Position numbers and translations under genes: made by a program. Below the pieces are notes generated by a model. It had not been told where the DNA came from, ran no database searches, and saw only the letters and a program-made list of their open reading frames with translations. A DNA stretch of 32,000 nt from Xylella taiwanensis (GTDB lineage Bacteria; Pseudomonadota; Gammaproteobacteria; Xanthomonadales; Xanthomonadaceae): assembly GCF_013177435.1 (NCBI RefSeq), contig NZ_CP053627.1:2220001-2252000 (forward strand). Direction: 5' to 3'. Below, piece by piece: positions 1 to 9,762 of the stretch (its first letter is position 1; every line of letters starts with the position of its first letter).

Positions 1-96
1 ACGTCAAGCCAACGCGCTGCTACGCTTCGACGTGGTCATTGGTGACCACCTCAGTGTGCGCTACATCGCGTAGTACAACGTGCCAAACAGGAAAAG

Positions 97-1152
97 TTGC
101 CTCGGATGGTCTGGCTCCATGGTGAAGAGCCCATGAGTGAGGAATTGCTTTCACACAGTGAGCAAGTGTCGCGTCTAGCACCAGATGTCGCCCTGCTGGC
201 AGCGCTTAGTCCAGACGAGCGCGCCCAACCTGACACAACTATAGCTAACGACATATCGGTACCATTAAAACGCCGTGAGGCACGCATCTTGTTGGTGGAA
301 GACAATCCAGTAAACCTAGCAGTGGCACAGAAAATCTTGATCATGCTTGGCTACCAACCAGATAGTGCTGTGCACGGTAAAGCTGCCCTGCAAAGCATGC
401 AACATATTCACTACGACCTTGTATTCATGGATTGCCAAATGCCAGTGCTTGATGGCTATGCAGCGACTCGCTGCTGGCGTGATCAGGAGAACCCGCAGGG
501 TCCACGTCTACCAATCGTGGCAATGACCGCTAAGGCCATGACTGGTGATCGCGAACGCTGTCTGGAAGCAGGTATGGATGAATATCTGTCAAAACCTATC
601 TCGCACAAGGAAATCGAAGCCTGCCTGCACCGCTGGCTCTCTCCCGCTCCGATCACCTTAAGGACCCTGACTCCAGGCACTGAAGTTCTTTCCAGCTCTG
701 CAATAAAGGGTGTATCCCCCATTGTCGAACCTAAATCCGCAACCGCATCGGTGATGCAAACGGTTACAGCACCGGATAAGGACCATACCACCACTGACCT
801 ATCGGTACTCGATCATGAACTGCTCGCGGAACTGAAAAAAATCGCCGGTAAAGACATGGATCACATCATTTATCTGTTTTTGAAGGACGCACCTAAACTG
901 ATCACGCAGCTGCAGGAAAGCGCCACAAGGCACGAAACTAATCTACTGAGCCAAGCGGCACACACACTAAAATCCTCTAGTGCTAATGTCGGCGCCCTGG
1001 CAGTCTCAGATGCAGCACAACGCATCGAATCGGCAGCACATAGCGGGGACACTAAGCTGGCCGACACGATGGTTGCGCTTTTAGTAACGGAATACGAACG
1101 CGTTCGACCAGCTTTGAACCTGAAGATTGCTCACCTGTTTGGCGCTGAATAG
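97..1152 (+). CDS. Stand-alone two-component phosphorelay protein: CheY-like receiver (REC) domain followed by an HPt histidine-phosphotransfer domain
   Basis: The REC signature reads ILLVEDNPVNLAVAQKIL...DLVFMDCQMPVLDGY...IVAMTAKAM...LSKPI. The C-terminal HPt motif is AAHTLKSSSANVGA. The ORF-track start at 97 is TTG; an ATG at 106 preceded by GAAAAG is the more likely start. Frame 1 is closed by TGA at 43-45, so no kinase domain is fused upstream in this frame. Confidence 0.75.
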   Translation: MPRMVWLHGEEPMSEELLSHSEQVSRLAPDVALLAALSPDERAQPDTTIANDISVPLKRREARILLVEDNPVNLAVAQKILIMLGYQPDSAVHGKAALQSMQHIHYDLVFMDCQMPVLDGYAATRCWRDQENPQGPRLPIVAMTAKAMTGDRERCLEAGMDEYLSKPISHKEIEACLHRWLSPAPITLRTLTPGTEVLSSSAIKGVSPIVEPKSATASVMQTVTAPDKDHTTTDLSVLDHELLAELKKIAGKDMDHIIYLFLKDAPKLITQLQESATRHETNLLSQAAHTLKSSSANVGALAVSDAAQRIESAAHSGDTKLADTMVALLVTEYERVRPALNLKIAHLFGAE

Positions 1153-1153
1153 T

Positions 1154-1624
1154 TCAATCTTCCAACTTTGTAAGCAGGTAGTTAGGTTCCCCAATTCGCT
1201 TGACAATATCCAATTGCATTTCAATCCAATCGATATGCTCTTCTTCAGAATTGAGAATATCGACCAACAGCTCCCGGCTGACATAGTCCTGTACCGATTC
1301 AGTGTAAGAAACTGCCTCACGCAGTAATGCAACGGCCTCTTGCTCCAACGCCAAATCGCAACCGAACATTTCGGTTGGACTCTCACCGATACGCAACTTA
1401 CCTAACGCCTGAAAATTCGGCAAGCCATCAAGGAAGAGTATACGATCCGATAGCCGATCAGCGTGTTTCATTTCATCAATAGATTCCTTGTACTCGTGCT
1501 CAGCAAGCTCAGCCAGCCCCCAGTTCTTCAACATCTTCGCATGCAAAAAGTATTGGTTAATGGCTGTCAACTCGTTGCAGAGCACTTTATTAAGATATTC
1601 GATGACCTTGGCATTGCCCTTCAT
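1154..1624 (-). CDS. bfr: Bacterioferritin
   Basis: The 156-aa product is colinear with E. coli Bfr as I remember it. Shared motifs are [33 protein letters not shown] (heme-ligand Met) and EEEHIDW. Confidence 0.95.
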   Translation of the reverse strand: MKGNAKVIEYLNKVLCNELTAINQYFLHAKMLKNWGLAELAEHEYKESIDEMKHADRLSDRILFLDGLPNFQALGKLRIGESPTEMFGCDLALEQEAVALLREAVSYTESVQDYVSRELLVDILNSEEEHIDWIEMQLDIVKRIGEPNYLLTKLED

Positions 1625-1705
1625 ACAACATCTCCGGTAGAAAATTACAAGTACTGTAGCTTTCCTGATCTACTGGTGAAGGAACGAAAATCGTGTTCAT
1701 TACGA

Positions 1706-1954
1706 TTACCTCGTAGGGCACATAGTTCCCACATCAAGCAACGCTGGTCGATTTACAGTTGGCATAACACACTCAGCACGTGCTTTACCAAGGAGCTCAG
1801 CAGCCGCATTCAGGCAAGAACCGCAACTGGAACCACAGGCAGTACGCATGGTAAGTTCAGTGAGATTGGCACAACTGGCAGCGACTTCGTAGATATGGTC
1901 ATCGGTGACAGCGTTACAGATACAAATGTACACGCGCGGCATAATGAATGGCAT
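1706..1954 (-). CDS. bfd: Bacterioferritin-associated ferredoxin (BFD-like [2Fe-2S] protein)
   Basis: YICICNAVTD ... CGSSCGSC gives the C-x-C ... C-x2-C pattern of Bfd. The gene lies immediately upstream of bfr on the same strand. The true start may be ATG at 1942 or GTG at 1933, which would give MYICIC like E. coli Bfd. Confidence 0.85.
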   Translation of the reverse strand: MPFIMPRVYICICNAVTDDHIYEVAASCANLTELTMRTACGSSCGSCLNAAAELLGKARAECVMPTVNRPALLDVGTMCPTR

Positions 1955-1983
1955 CCCTTAAACGGGACACAACCATTTAACCA

Positions 1984-2002
1984 CATAATGAGAATGAATG
2001 TC
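1984..2002 (-). promoter_or_regulatory. Candidate Fur box upstream of bfd-bfr
   Basis: CATAATGAGAATGAATGTC matches the 19-bp Fur consensus GATAATGATAATCATTATC at 14 of 19 positions by hand count. It lies 30-50 nt upstream of the possible bfd starts. Confidence 0.35.
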
Positions 2003-2077
2003 AATTGCAAAAATTAATCGTTACTAATATCTCAGTCAAAAATCAGATCGATACTCCCACTTGCGTGAACACGTATA

Positions 2078-2620
2078 TCAAACATTACTAATAAGCAAAC
2101 AAACCTCCTGCACGTACCGCGACATCGTCCCTACTTCAAGGCCAACCACCCGCTGCACCAGTGATGCTAACTAGCACAACGCACGCGCGTAAACACTACG
2201 CTTAAACATGACCACATGCTCAGTCGGGTACCAGAAATTCACCTAACACCAGTGATCAAACTCAAGACTCTCAGTCTGATCGAGTTGTACCTGTGATTCA
2301 TCACCTATCAGTTGCAGCAGAAACCAGACCTAACTTTTGGCCGATACATATCTGAGACTGATTGCGGCGTACAGTTTGACTCGGCAATCAATAGCGTAGC
2401 CAATCTGGCGTGGCACCAAGCAATTGCACATGCTCGGTAGCAACCTAGTTGCTTCATGTAATTCACGGTACATAGCTTCAATAGGAGTTTCGTAAGAATT
2501 CATGGTACCCTCTACGAATAGCCAACCATGCCGGCGGATGCGGCGTACCCAAAACAACTGCCCATCCCTACACATCAACACAATACCAACGTTCGGTCGG
2601 TAACTGTCCGGATCGTTCGC
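2078..2620 (-). pseudogene. rppH: RNA pyrophosphohydrolase RppH/NudH (Nudix) pseudogene
   Basis: A single minus-strand frame reads [118 protein letters not shown].. This is colinear with E. coli RppH ([47 protein letters not shown]). In-frame TAG codons lie at 2330-2332, 2243-2245 and 2171-2173. There is no ATG at the homologous start. The Nudix box is degraded: REUXEEXGU reads RELHEATRL. The ORF track reports only 2330..2671. Confidence 0.7.
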
Positions 2621-2716
2621 ATTACAGACACTTTCCCAGAGTTTGAGCTTCTCCCAAACAACGGCAGGCATCCTTGACGAACTTGAATCAAAAAATTGAT
2701 AATTATCTGCTGTCTA

Positions 2717-2793
2717 GGCTATGTAGCTCAGCAGGTTAGAGCACAGCACTCATAATGCTGGGGTCGGTGGTTCGAGTCCACCCATAGCCACCA
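2717..2793 (+). tRNA. tRNA-Met (anticodon CAU), elongator type
   Basis: A 77-nt cloverleaf with acceptor stem GGCTATG/CATAGCC, discriminator A and encoded CCA. The anticodon loop is CT-CAT-AA and the T-arm is GGTTCGAGTCC. It is very close to E. coli elongator tRNA-Met as I remember it. Confidence 0.92.
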
Positions 2794-2846
2794 AGATTTC
2801 CAGGAAATTGCAAGTGCAGGGTAATACTCTCGGTTCTTGCGTCTAT

Positions 2847-2921
2847 TGCCCCGTAGCCAAGTGGTAAGGCATCTGACTCTGACTCAGACATTCGTTGGTT
2901 CGAATCCATCCGGGGCAGCCA
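2847..2921 (+). tRNA. tRNA-Gln (anticodon CUG)
   Basis: A 75-nt cloverleaf with acceptor stem TGCCCCG/CGGGGCA and encoded CCA. The anticodon stem is TCTGA/TCAGA with loop CT-CTG-AC. The D-arm GCCAAGTGGTAAGGC and T-arm GGTTCGAATCC are as in E. coli tRNA-Gln. Confidence 0.92.
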
Positions 2922-3459
2922 AACCAAGAAGTAACCGATAGCAAGAGCAAAACTCGGCTTTATCCCCTCTAAAGCAGCATATATCACCTGAAACATTGAA
3001 CAGGCTAAAGGCACTAAATCCGCCATCTAAGCATCCAATCCTCAACCAATCTAGCCTTGCTTCCACTTGGGTCAGCACTATAAGGAAACAACAAAGGCAC
3101 TCGTCTTATCTTGAGTTCAGAATTTATAGCTAGCATTTCAATGCGATACCATGGAGTGTCGCTGGAATTCGCTACGCGTCTCACTAAAGGGAGGCGCAGC
3201 CTAAGAATAGTCTGCATGAGTATTCGCAAACCCTTAATTCATGCTCCCTCCACCCAAGTCACTTACCCCCAAAGCCCAAGAATACACCATGATTTTTTCA
3301 TGAAGGACTAGCGAAGAATAATTGAACATTTCAACCTAATACCCTCCCCCGATCTGTAATCGGAGTGCATAGCACCCTTCAGGTACCAACAACGGATCGT
3401 GTTGACTGAGATGACGCATAGAATGGCGGCTAATCGCTCGCTGTCGATGGCGCACCGAA

Positions 3460-4671
3460 TTACTTCAGTTTGGCATCGGCACGCAGTGCTTCGGCCTTAT
3501 CGATCTTCTCCCAAGAGAAAGCAGTAGCGGCGACACGTTCACCGATGCTGTTGGTGTAAGTAAACTCCTTCGGCTTACGTCCGAAATGACCGTAACTAGC
3601 ACTCGTTTGATATATAGGATGAATGAGATCAAGCATTTTAATGATACCATAGGGGCGGAGATCAAAATGCTGACGGATTAATTTCTCAATTCTCTCATCG
3701 GGTATCTTACCAGTGCCAAAAGTAGTCACCGAGATCGATATAGGCTCAGCCACGCCGATTGCATAGGACACTTGCACTTCGCAGCGATCGGCTAGACCTG
3801 CAGCAACTACGTTTTTAGCAACATAACGCACAGCATAAGCAGCGGAACGATCAACCTTAGACGGATCCTTTCCAGAGAAAGCACCTCCGCCATGGCGAGC
3901 CGAACCACCATAAGTGTCAACAATTATCTTGCGGCCAGTCAGGCCACAGTCGCCCACTGGACCACCAATCACAAATTTACCAGTCGGATTAATGTGGAAT
4001 TTGGTGCCTTTGTGCAACCACTTGGAGGGCAACACCGGCTTGAGGATTTCCTCATGCACTGCTTCAACAAGATCCTGCTGTTTGATACCAGGATCGTGCT
4101 GGGTTGATAGTACCACCGCATCAATCGCACTCGCAACGCCATCCTCATAACGCAGAGTAACCTGGGACTTAGCATCCGGGCGTAACCATGGCAACGGCGA
4201 GTTGTTTTTTTTACGAATTTTCGCTTGCTGCTCAACTAACCGGTGTGATATGTGAATTGCTGCTGGCATGTAGCCATCAGTTTCGTTAGTGGCATATCCG
4301 AACATCAAGCCCTGATCACCAGCTCCCTGTTCCTCAGCCTTTTTACGGTCCACACCCTGGTTGATATCTGGAGACTGCTTGCCGATTAAGTTCAATACGC
4401 CACAAGTAGCGCCATCGAAACCAACATCGGAACTATCATAGCCAATGTCTACGATCACTTTACGGGTTAACGCTTCCAGATCAATCCAGGCACTGGTGGT
4501 AATTTCACCAGCAATGATCGCCACACCAGTCTTAACCATTGTCTCACAAGCAACACGGGCACGCGGATCCTGAACCAAGATAGCATCCAATACGGCGTCA
4601 GAAATCTGGTCGGCAACCTTATCCGGATGGCCTTCCGAAACCGACTCGGATGTAAAGAGGTAACTGGACAT
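3460..4671 (-). CDS. metK: S-adenosylmethionine synthetase
   Basis: The sequence [53 protein letters not shown] identifies MetK. Starting at the ATG at 4671 gives 403 aa, with AAGGGA as RBS about 10 nt upstream. The ORF-track start at 4761 adds 30 non-homologous residues. Confidence 0.97.
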   Translation of the reverse strand: MSSYLFTSESVSEGHPDKVADQISDAVLDAILVQDPRARVACETMVKTGVAIIAGEITTSAWIDLEALTRKVIVDIGYDSSDVGFDGATCGVLNLIGKQSPDINQGVDRKKAEEQGAGDQGLMFGYATNETDGYMPAAIHISHRLVEQQAKIRKKNNSPLPWLRPDAKSQVTLRYEDGVASAIDAVVLSTQHDPGIKQQDLVEAVHEEILKPVLPSKWLHKGTKFHINPTGKFVIGGPVGDCGLTGRKIIVDTYGGSARHGGGAFSGKDPSKVDRSAAYAVRYVAKNVVAAGLADRCEVQVSYAIGVAEPISISVTTFGTGKIPDERIEKLIRQHFDLRPYGIIKMLDLIHPIYQTSASYGHFGRKPKEFTYTNSIGERVAATAFSWEKIDKAEALRADAKLK

Positions 4672-7600
4672 CAGGTTTATATCCCTTAATTCGAATGAAA
4701 AAATAAGTAAGCATGTATGATACGCCCAATGTGACCAATCTGTATTGCTCACTTGAATCAAGCATCTTGCGGTCTACGATCTAAATCACGTACGAGAACA
4801 AAACAGCGAGTGAACCTGATACAACGGTGAGAGTATTTTACCTTGATTTTACCTCTTTAAAGCCACACGACATGCTCACTAAGCGGTAAGTGAGTATACC
4901 TGGGTCAGATCAAGGTGATAGAAAGCTTGAGATTCAGACTAAAACGACGTTCCAACAGCGTTATCTTATGCACTGGACAATCACATATCATCTTTTAAAT
5001 CTGCATTGTGATCCAACCAAGAGGAGAAAGGCAGTTCCATAACAATCGAATCATCGATTTTCAACCCTTCTATGTATTGATGATAGTTGATTTATTCTAC
5101 CTGTTGGATACAACAATACAAACTAGAAAGAGTACTTACATCACAGTAACAAGTCATGATTTACTCACGTAGTTGTAAACGTACCAAGAAAATGACCTAG
5201 CTCAAAGAAGCTCGATCTAAATGCCGACACCATTAACATTATTTAACACCTTTTACAACTTCCACATAATACCCCATAATCAAACAGTGCATCAGCTGAA
5301 ATGGACACATTTATATGAAAAAAAGGATACGATGCAAATAAACTGATAAGATCTCACGGACGTTAACACAAGGGAAAGCATCACTTTATATCACTAGATA
5401 TTCATCTGACTCTATCAATCATTGCTGCCCCATCGTCTCGATATAGTTTCCCTCATTTACCAAACCAAGCAATATTCTGGCCGCTCATAGTACGTCCACT
5501 TAGATACTTACGCGCGATATGGATACTACGTGACTCACCACAGAATACGTACGGTAACTCTAGGTAACTCAGCAAACTATCGCATACACCAGTTGGCTTG
5601 AACAACAACCATGCTCACCCACTACTCCTCATATTCATACTGCAAACACTTGCGACTTGTCAGCACCAAACCACCTTAATCATTACACGCCTTAATTTAG
5701 TGAAATAATTCAGTATTGATGATATCAACGCTCTGCGGATTGTTAAAAATTGCAGCGCACAGCATGAATCAATTACCGCAGCTTAACATTTTTGATATAT
5801 GCACTAATTTAGGAAGATGAAGAATGCGCCAATATCGTCTATGCAAGTTCACCCTTGCATGTATTCCAGAAGCGCAAATTAGAGATGCTCGTTTCCTACA
5901 TAACAAAATCAGCGCACAATCAAATGCACAATATGCTAAAACAATAACGCTTTTATAGCAATTTACTGAAGACATATTTTTGAATGTTAATAAGATTGAA
6001 AAAATTGAAGTAAGAAGATACCTCTTAAAAGTAACATACAGTACCAACTCCTCGAAAAGACTTGAAAGATTCTAATCTCGTTATCAGGTTATAATTATTT
6101 TATGTTCAACCAATAGATACTACTTTATCTCTTGTTTTTATGAAAAAACAGTAAAAGACTTTCAATTAACTAAAGAAGCAGATTCTCTAAAGCACCTCTA
6201 CAATAATCAGATCATCTTCAGATAGAAAGAATCTTTTTTTTTTCATAACAAAACCACGATAGATCTTTTGAAACTGTCGATCTACTGATCTACTCCTCTT
6301 CTTATCTTTATCGTGATAAGAACGCGAAATCTGATGCACATGACACAAACTAATAATTCTGATCGTGCTTGCACAAGAAAAATACTTTAACGAATTACTA
6401 TCATTTCAAGGCCATGAAACAATGCTGCCAATGAACTCAAAATCCAATGTCAACTTTCCACTTACTTCGATGAGTATAGAACTGCTCATCTTAGCCAAGC
6501 ATCTCAGCAGTGAACATTTTAAGACCTGCTCCACTACAATTGATAAAGTAGTTATTATTATTCTAATGAAATTCTGTCATTACATCACAGACATAAGAGT
6601 GCTAGGACATGCGAATAAGCCCCTAGTCTCTAAAACATTTACAATCAGGAATAAAAAAAGATGTGAAGCACTTGGAATTGCACTTATCAACAAAATCTTG
6701 ATATAGAGTGCATTGGATATACAAGAAAATTCTCCCTCAGACGTTTGATCTCCTAAAATATGTTTCCTTTCATGATATTAAGAATACTAATCTGAGTAAA
6801 TAAATTTTCTGAGTTATGAATATCGTTGCAAAGTTAATGAACGAGATCAATGCCAAAGATGAGGATAACCTCAACACAAGAAAGAGTAGATAGAATTTTC
6901 ATAAAGATAAACAAAGACATCTTCATTAAAATATTGATCGAGCCAGAAGATCGAATGTCAATTTCAATGATTTTTCTTTAAAATAAAAATAATAACATTG
7001 CTCACACAATCTTGAAATCTAAAATTTAGAAATATTATCTTCAAATAACTTCTTACAGCCTTTCTACATAATTACTTTCTTCAAGAGGCTCACTATCTCC
7101 GAGTTTTTTCACAAAGAAATAACTCATATCAAGATGGAAATACTTTTCACATTTTTTGTTCAGCTCTAAGGTTGCTTCCAAAATAATATCCAACATAATC
7201 AAAGGAGATTCTGAAAGAATCATGTTTGAATCGATGATCAAAATACTGGCCAACAGTAGCAAAATCATCAACTAGCATCAACCGAAATTCGTCCCGATTG
7301 AACCAAGCTGACAAGTGTTTGAAAATAAGCTGGAAGATACGTTTACAGTATTCAATATTTGGCTATACGGCACTGTTCAATCAGATTAAATCTTTTGCTA
7401 TCAACCAACATCTGTCCATTAGTCTTCTTAGATGTTCGCTTTTCATATATTCTTCAACCACTCTAATTGCTTGAAAAAGAATTCGACACCAGCATACTTG
7501 CATTAGTAGTGCATATCCCACAGCAACTGCAATTTCATCGAACAAGCTTTTAGAATCAGAGTTTCCACCAACAATCCCTAGTAAATATCCTCAAAATATA

Positions 7601-8298
7601 GATCCCCAAGATTTTGCAGAAAAAGATCAACAAAAAAGAAGCAAACGGAAGGATCGGATCGCATGTAGTATATAAATGCGTATTATACCGTGCTTGTGGT
7701 TTTCAACAAAAATATCGATCAAAATTTTTATAGAGACATTAATTTTTTAAAAAAACTACCAACCATTCCAACCACTTCATCGATACATGAAACGTATGTT
7801 ATAGACAACGGTGAATAACATTGAATACTTCTTCGATGTAATTATGTGGAATCTGCCTGTGAAATAAATCAGACTTCGATCTGACAAAATACATGACATG
7901 GTTCTTTTTTCTGTTTATCGATTGTACTTAGATCAGTGAATGAACAATGTAAAGGGACTGATGACTCTCCCTTTGGATATCAAAATTCTTCAGCATATGA
8001 GGAAATTCAAAATAATGATCGATCATGCTGCGCACCAATGCCGTGATTATCTCCATATACATCGGAGCAAAACCAATGATTACATAGTCCACCGTGGAAT
8101 CAATCAAGTGGGACTTTTCGGTAAAAAACTTACAAATCATCTTCATCAAAATGATACACACGTGGTTAACACAAATCAGGTATTTCTCGGAAATTTTCAA
8201 TCGTAATTTCACACGTATGGTGCAATTTGAGACATCCAAGATTTTCATGTAACAATCAACATAAAAAAACGTTACCGGCAAGAATGTCAAAAAAACCG
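4672..8298. other. AT-rich, ORF-poor tract between metK and phoQ (about 3.6 kb)
   Basis: No ORF has a recognisable product. The only ORFs of 60 aa or more are short, and the two starts I checked are non-ATG (TTG at 6047, GTG at 6365). Hand counts of sample lines give about 30 % GC, against about 50-60 % in the flanking genes. The metK promoter must lie at the left edge. Confidence 0.7.
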
Positions 8299-8332
8299 TT
8301 ATAGTCCCGGAGGTAGTATCACCATAAAACAA
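7147..8332 (-). pseudogene. Relic of an AT-rich gene of about 390 codons, family unknown, directly downstream of phoQ
   Basis: Protein-like open stretches follow one another on the minus strand. One frame covers 8332-7745: the 134-aa ORF, then after TAA VQSINRKKNHVMYFVRSKSDLFHRQIPHNYIEEVFNVIHRCL*HTFHVSMKWLEWLVVFLKN*. After a shift at the T6/A7 run near 7740-7757, a second frame covers 7746-7147: KINVSIKILIDIFVENHKHGIIRIYILHAIRSFRLLLFC*SFSAKSWGSIF*GYLLGIVGGNSDSKSLFDEIAVAVGYALLMQ...AKDLI*LNSAV*PNIEYCKRIFQLIFKHLSAWFNRDEFRLMLVDDFATVGQYFDHRFKHDSFRISFDYVGYYFGSNL. Confidence 0.4.
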
Positions 8333-9747
8333 GCTCCACCCAGTTCCTCCGAACGAGTCACCTGTAATTCACCGCGATAACCCTTGACTAAGTCCTGGAC
8401 GATTGACAACCCGATACCATGGCCGTGTACGCGTTCATCGCCACGTACACCACGCTGCAGGATCTTGCTAACCTCTTCAAGCGGAATGCCAGGGCCATCA
8501 TCCTCAACCGACAACACCAAGCCGGGACGACGGGTACCAACTTGTTGACCTGGGCTAGCAGTTAATAACACATGGGATAGGGCCCACTTGAAGGCATTCT
8601 CCAGAAGATTTCCCAGCAGTTCTTGCAAATCACCAGGCTCACCATAGAAACAAGCATGAGGGTCAATCTCAAACTCACATAACACGCCCTTAGCAGCGTA
8701 AACCTTCTCCAATCCACGTACGATCTCTTCAGCTGTGGAATTGATCAATACCGGCGCAGAAAAAAGCTTGTGGCCACTAGAAGCAGCACGCGCAAGCTGG
8801 TAGGAAACCAGATTATTCATGCGTCGTAGCTGTACGTCCAATTCCTCACACAATTCCTTCTCACTGACACCGTTATCCAGCTGGGTGCGTAGCACAGCAA
8901 GTGGCGTTTTCAGACTATGCGCCAGATCAGCCAAAGTGTTGCGTTGACGATCTAAATTCTCACGTTCGCTCTCAATGAAAGCGTTGATACTCTGGGTAAG
9001 TGGTTCCAGCTCGGGCGGATGCTGCTCACTCATCCTCTGCGCCTGACCGCGTTGGACTTTAGCCAACTCGTTAATTACGTGCCTGATTGGACGCAAACTC
9101 CACTGCAAAATAAAGGCTTGTAGCAACAGTAGTACGATGCCAGCGCTACCAAGATAGAACCAGACAGCAGTGCGAAATACGCGTAACTGCGCCCCTAATG
9201 CCGCCTCATCTTCCATCACATAAATCGTGTAGGGGAACTCGTCGTTGGGATTGCCAGTACCACTCCAGATCAATCCCATACCGTAGCGATACACGCGCCC
9301 AGGCCTGCCATCAACCTGGGTCATCTCGAACGGCCCTTCGAAGACCTCCTGACGAGCGGCAAGCAATGGACCTGTCGAAGGGAGAAGCGGCCCCTCAGAT
9401 GACAACGAACGCCAGCGATTGTCACGCCAGATCACTTCGGAATACAGCCCCCCACCTGGTACATCAAAGTGTGGGTCCGGTGGCGGACGGTCACTACTAA
9501 TATATAATGAGCCATCACGCAAAAATTCAACGCTGCTGACATATGCTGTAGCATAGGTTTTCAACCGTTCACGCAAATTCTTTTCAGCTGTATCTGCGAA
9601 AGCAACATCCAGCGCATAACCAGCCAACGCCAGGAAAGCGATCAAACTGAAACTAGCAGCAAGCAGCTGGCGCGCCTGAAGTGAACGTGGCTGTAACCTA
9701 TCCAACCCCCGCAGACGCAACAACAGGCGCCCTTTTCCGATTTCCAT
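8299..9747 (-). CDS. phoQ: PhoQ-type sensor histidine kinase
   Basis: The H-box LADLAHSLKTPLAVLRTQL is nearly identical to E. coli PhoQ. Other kinase motifs are the N-box LLENAFKW, G1 VEDDGPGI and G2 GHGIGLSIV. It has two predicted TM segments flanking a periplasmic domain. It lies 15 nt downstream of the response regulator. Confidence 0.85.
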   Translation of the reverse strand: MEIGKGRLLLRLRGLDRLQPRSLQARQLLAASFSLIAFLALAGYALDVAFADTAEKNLRERLKTYATAYVSSVEFLRDGSLYISSDRPPPDPHFDVPGGGLYSEVIWRDNRWRSLSSEGPLLPSTGPLLAARQEVFEGPFEMTQVDGRPGRVYRYGMGLIWSGTGNPNDEFPYTIYVMEDEAALGAQLRVFRTAVWFYLGSAGIVLLLLQAFILQWSLRPIRHVINELAKVQRGQAQRMSEQHPPELEPLTQSINAFIESERENLDRQRNTLADLAHSLKTPLAVLRTQLDNGVSEKELCEELDVQLRRMNNLVSYQLARAASSGHKLFSAPVLINSTAEEIVRGLEKVYAAKGVLCEFEIDPHACFYGEPGDLQELLGNLLENAFKWALSHVLLTASPGQQVGTRRPGLVLSVEDDGPGIPLEEVSKILQRGVRGDERVHGHGIGLSIVQDLVKGYRGELQVTRSEELGGACFMVILPPGL

Positions 9748-9762
9748 CGTGCACAGCAGATC

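Noticed and set aside
1-73. Open frame ending with TAG at 71-73 (plus strand) at the left edge
   Set aside because: Only 23 codons are visible and there is no motif. I cannot support a call.
2078-2671. Three in-frame TAG codons in rppH as a sign of amber recoding or suppression
   Set aside because: TAG is the terminator of at least four well-supported genes in this window: the REC-HPt gene, the TonB-dependent receptor and both lipases. The rppH start codon and catalytic Nudix residues are also lost. A pseudogene is the simpler reading.
2736-3078. Minus-strand ORFs of 96 and 64 aa
   Set aside because: They run antisense through the tRNA-Met and tRNA-Gln genes and have no protein-like features.
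4672-4761. 30-codon N-terminal extension of metK suggested by the ORF track
   Set aside because: Homologues start at MSSYLFTSE. The ATG at 4671 has an RBS, and the extension is not MetK-like.
4672-4980. SAM riboswitch in the metK leader
   Set aside because: I read the minus-strand leader and found only a short hairpin (CTCACTT...AGTGAG). None of the S-box or SAM-II conserved cores I remember is present. This needs a covariance-model scan to be definitive.
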